Shown here in pieces: positions 61,050 through 64,000 of a DNA stretch of 64,000 nt. Under the pieces are notes generated by a model that saw only the letters and a program-made list of their open reading frames with translations, did not search any database and was not told where the DNA came from. The translations under genes were made by a program, and so were the position numbers. Within the stretch, counting starts at the first letter, position 1. Each line of letters opens with the position of its first letter. This DNA is from Candidatus Dojkabacteria bacterium. GTDB taxonomy: Bacteria > Patescibacteriota > Dojkabacteria > B142 > OLB20. Location: positions 322,335 through 386,334 of the forward strand of contig DAOMOX010000001.1 of the NCBI GenBank assembly GCA_035444565.1, given 5' to 3'.

Positions 61050-62825
61050 CTAAATAGTTTTTTCCGAATGTCTATTTTTGAAAGAATTTACTATCATACC
61101 TAAGAACAGGATTCCCGCTAATCCAATCAACCCAACTCCAACATAAATAACATATTGTGCATTTTGGCTAATTACAGGTGGAATGTTTGCTGTCTGAATA
61201 CGAAGTGTTAATTCGTCAATTATCAACTCCAGTCTATTCTTATCAATTTGGGGGTATAGAATTATTAATTCTTCGTGAGTGAATAATTCTGCACTCTCGA
61301 CCATAGTTTCAATGGCGTCAATTTCGAACTGAGGTGCTTCTAGACCGACTTGTTTACCGTAACTTGTACGTTGAACTGAAGGTGGAGAATCTGGGTCGAG
61401 AGAGGCGATGTGAGTGTAAAAATGATTTAAGTCTCCTCCGATCAATGATGGTCCTGATTCACCCCATGTAACATCAACACTCAACCACTCATTCATTCCT
61501 GGAAGATAGACCTGTACCCATTGATGTGCGTCTTGTTGATTTTCTCCAATTCGAGCATCATAGCCATATCCAAAAGCTGCCCTGGCAGGGATTCCTTGGG
61601 CTCTTGCCAAAGTCAAAAACAAATCCGAATATTCCATACAAACTGCAGCGCCTCCTTGTAGAGTTTTCAACGCACCCTGTCTGTCATTAATTCCAAAGCG
61701 TTTAATATCCGAATAGTCTATAGTGTCTACAATATGCGAATAGTTGGATTCAACAATAGAATAAATATTTGTTTCTTCAGCTTTCAATTCATTTGCTTTG
61801 CTAATTATTTCTGGATTATCAACCTCCCAGAACTCAGCTGGCTGCAAATACTGTGAGAAAATCGTGGAATCGATATCTGAAATTGTACCGCTATTTTCAG
61901 GAGTTGCTTGTACTTCAACTTTGTCGACTTGGGCGTAGCCCTCGATCAGAATTGTTTTATTTTCATGACTAGGAATTTTAAATGTTGCGATTAAGTTCCC
62001 GTCTTCGTCTTCAACAATTTGCTTTGGTAGAGGATCAAAAATTGTATAGAAAACTTTTTGTGTGGTTTCAGCTTCGTCAATATTTCGAGGTATCACTAGG
62101 TGGTATTCATTGGAGTACCCTTTGTTAATGGTGTCCGAAGCCATCACTTCTTGTTTGATGTTGAATTTATAATATTGTGTCTTTCCAATCTGAATCCATA
62201 TTTTGCCTCCCACTAGACTCTCTTGTGAAATCTCATAAACAATAAACTCTCCGTCCGTGGTAGTATTGGCAGGGGAGGGGACTACAAAACCAACATCTCC
62301 GAGAGATTTATTAAGTCTTATTATAGTCTTGTAATTGTAACTAGTAGAATTGCTTTCGAATTGGTAGTTCTCACTAAAACCTGGGGCATATATATCTAAG
62401 AGAGCACCAGTTTTTTTAGTCAGTCCTGTATTGGTGTATTCGATTTTAAATTGTTTCGATTGACCAATACCTATAGATCCGTCATATGGAATGTTGAGGT
62501 CAAGAGTATCAATTCCGGCATCCCCCTTATTGTTTTGAACTAATCTGCCGTCAATAAAACTTTTTGCCGATAAAAATGAAGTAGAAAGCTGATCTGTGTT
62601 TTCACTTAGTACAATTATTTGGAAAGTTTCTGTATTGTCTGAAGATATGAGTCTATTTTGTGAAGCATTCGTGATTTTCCTAGTCTCGGTAATGAAGATT
62701 TCGTTTGGAGAATTAATCTCGTAAATCTTTTCAATTTCTACATTAAAGTCAGCAGCAAATGCTTTTGTTTGAAAGCCAAATAGAAATAATATTGAAAATG
62801 CAATTATGAAAAATGCGCGCTTCAT
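61050..62825 (-). CDS. Transglutaminase-like surface protein
   Basis: Signal peptide, VCMEYS, GIPAR..GY, HQWVQVY, DVTW; C-terminal TM. Confidence 0.88.
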   Translation of the reverse strand: MKRAFFIIAFSILFLFGFQTKAFAADFNVEIEKIYEINSPNEIFITETRKITNASQNRLISSDNTETFQIIVLSENTDQLSTSFLSAKSFIDGRLVQNNKGDAGIDTLDLNIPYDGSIGIGQSKQFKIEYTNTGLTKKTGALLDIYAPGFSENYQFESNSTSYNYKTIIRLNKSLGDVGFVVPSPANTTTDGEFIVYEISQESLVGGKIWIQIGKTQYYKFNIKQEVMASDTINKGYSNEYHLVIPRNIDEAETTQKVFYTIFDPLPKQIVEDEDGNLIATFKIPSHENKTILIEGYAQVDKVEVQATPENSGTISDIDSTIFSQYLQPAEFWEVDNPEIISKANELKAEETNIYSIVESNYSHIVDTIDYSDIKRFGINDRQGALKTLQGGAAVCMEYSDLFLTLARAQGIPARAAFGYGYDARIGENQQDAHQWVQVYLPGMNEWLSVDVTWGESGPSLIGGDLNHFYTHIASLDPDSPPSVQRTSYGKQVGLEAPQFEIDAIETMVESAELFTHEELIILYPQIDKNRLELIIDELTLRIQTANIPPVISQNAQYVIYVGVGLIGLAGILFLGMIVNSFKNRHSEKTI

Positions 62826-63070
62826 TTTTTCATCTAAAGGAATATATTAAATAATATCAGGAAATCCACCCGAAGTTACAGAGAACTTAAAAAATGAAAT
62901 CTCATGATTTCTCTAAACACTCTTTTATAAGTCGTTTAGAATGGATTCTTAACAACATAAATTAATTCAGGTTTAATTGTTAATTTTCTTAAAATAGTGA
63001 ATACTTTCAGTATTTCAACTGTTATGTTAAATTTATGTACTATTAATGGCTAAATATTTTTACCAACAGC

Positions 63071-64000
63071 ATGAGAAAAAGACGCAAGCCCAAACCAACT
63101 TATGACAGTGAAGAAACAAAAGTTGTTATCGGATTAATCTTTTTGTTTATTTCGATTATTATTACTTTGAGTTACTTTTTAACCGGACCATTATTCGTAT
63201 TCGTGAAGTCACTTAGTGGGACTGGTACCGCCCTACTTTCAGGATTCTTCTTGCTATTTGCATTATATTTGTTCAAAGCGTCTATTCCTTTTGCTACAAA
63301 GCGTTCTGTCTTTGGGATGTTGCTTCTCACAGTATCCTTTTCTTCAATTATGGCTTCACTTTTCTCTTCATCTGGGGATGAAAGGGCACTAAAGTACGGT
63401 GGATTAATAGGCTTCCATGTCTATAATTTCATCAACGAACGACTTTTTTTAAATTTCACTCCGGTATTTTTGGTTTTCGTAATGGCATTCTCTTTACCAT
63501 TAGTAATGTCTGTCAGTTTTGTAGTCTTCTTTGAAAAAATCGGCCGTGGATTTAGTTGGTTAATTGAAAAAATCAGAAAAGATAAAAGTGGCGACCCAGC
63601 TACTTTGTCACCATCCACTGAAATCAATACTTTTGGTGATTTTCGTAGACAAAACAACATGCCAGCAAATAAAGTCACAAATGTTAGCGATAAAGAACAA
63701 GACAAGCCACAGTCTGTAGCTAAAATGTCTGGGGACAAACAGTCTGGGCCGAAAGTCGCAATTGTAGAAAAATCCGTAGAAGGAGCGTTTGTAAACGAAG
63801 AGTTACTTTATCCTAATTGGAAATTACCTCCTGCTGATATCTTAGATTCATTCAAAAAGAAAAAACCATCACAAGCCAACATCAATAAAAATGCAGACAT
63901 TATCGAGCAAACACTTAAAAGTTTTGGGGTAAAAGCAAGTGTGGTTGATGTTTTAATCGGGCCTACTGTTACGCAGTACGCTTTGGATATTGCATTAGGA
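63071..64000 (+). CDS. ftsK: DNA translocase FtsK (5' part, runs off the window)
   Basis: Not in the ORF track. MRKRRKP, several TMs, linker, then WKLPPADIL...IEQTLKSFGV...GPTVTQY. Confidence 0.9.
   Translation, partial: MRKRRKPKPTYDSEETKVVIGLIFLFISIIITLSYFLTGPLFVFVKSLSGTGTALLSGFFLLFALYLFKASIPFATKRSVFGMLLLTVSFSSIMASLFSSSGDERALKYGGLIGFHVYNFINERLFLNFTPVFLVFVMAFSLPLVMSVSFVVFFEKIGRGFSWLIEKIRKDKSGDPATLSPSTEINTFGDFRRQNNMPANKVTNVSDKEQDKPQSVAKMSGDKQSGPKVAIVEKSVEGAFVNEELLYPNWKLPPADILDSFKKKKPSQANINKNADIIEQTLKSFGVKASVVDVLIGPTVTQYALDIALG

Noticed and set aside
413-63738. Many 60-140 aa ORFs antisense to or nested in long genes (e.g. 22311-22586, 31477-31896, 63421-63738)
   Set aside because: Shadow frames of well-supported genes with no motifs of their own
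1-64000. Alternative genetic code (TGA recoding)
   Set aside because: dnaA, ruvX, pnp and others end at TGA at the expected lengths, and no core gene is interrupted

Overview
AT-rich bacterial chromosome segment, standard code 11 (TGA is a stop), with almost no Shine-Dalgarno motifs. Gene content and protein style point to a Patescibacteria/CPR genome, possibly Dojkabacteria-like (inference). The window spans the replication origin (dnaA-oriC-dnaN, about 46-47.7 kb). Core genes include holA, murJ, pnp, ruvX, mltG, rpsO, ftsQAZ, rpoD, rpmH, rnpA, rpsG, rpsL, rpoC, rpoB, yidD, pcrA, dnaG, argS and a partial ftsK, plus tRNA-Asn(GTT) and tRNA-Arg(GCG). Most notable: (1) a probable modular cell-surface system of three tandem beta-helix paralogs and a subtilase that share an N-terminal motif, three of the four ending in a Cys-braced dockerin-like domain, with a cohesin-like LPVTG protein and a sortase elsewhere in the window; (2) both tRNAs are followed by a second copy of their 3' end carrying a two-hairpin insert at the T-loop position; (3) three tandem small C..CxxCP..C proteins; (4) structured leaders on rpoB, pnp and rpsO, a DnaA box inside the mltG promoter, and broken core operons. 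No CRISPR array, integrase, transposase or rRNA was seen. All calls come from motif recognition by eye; no searches were run.
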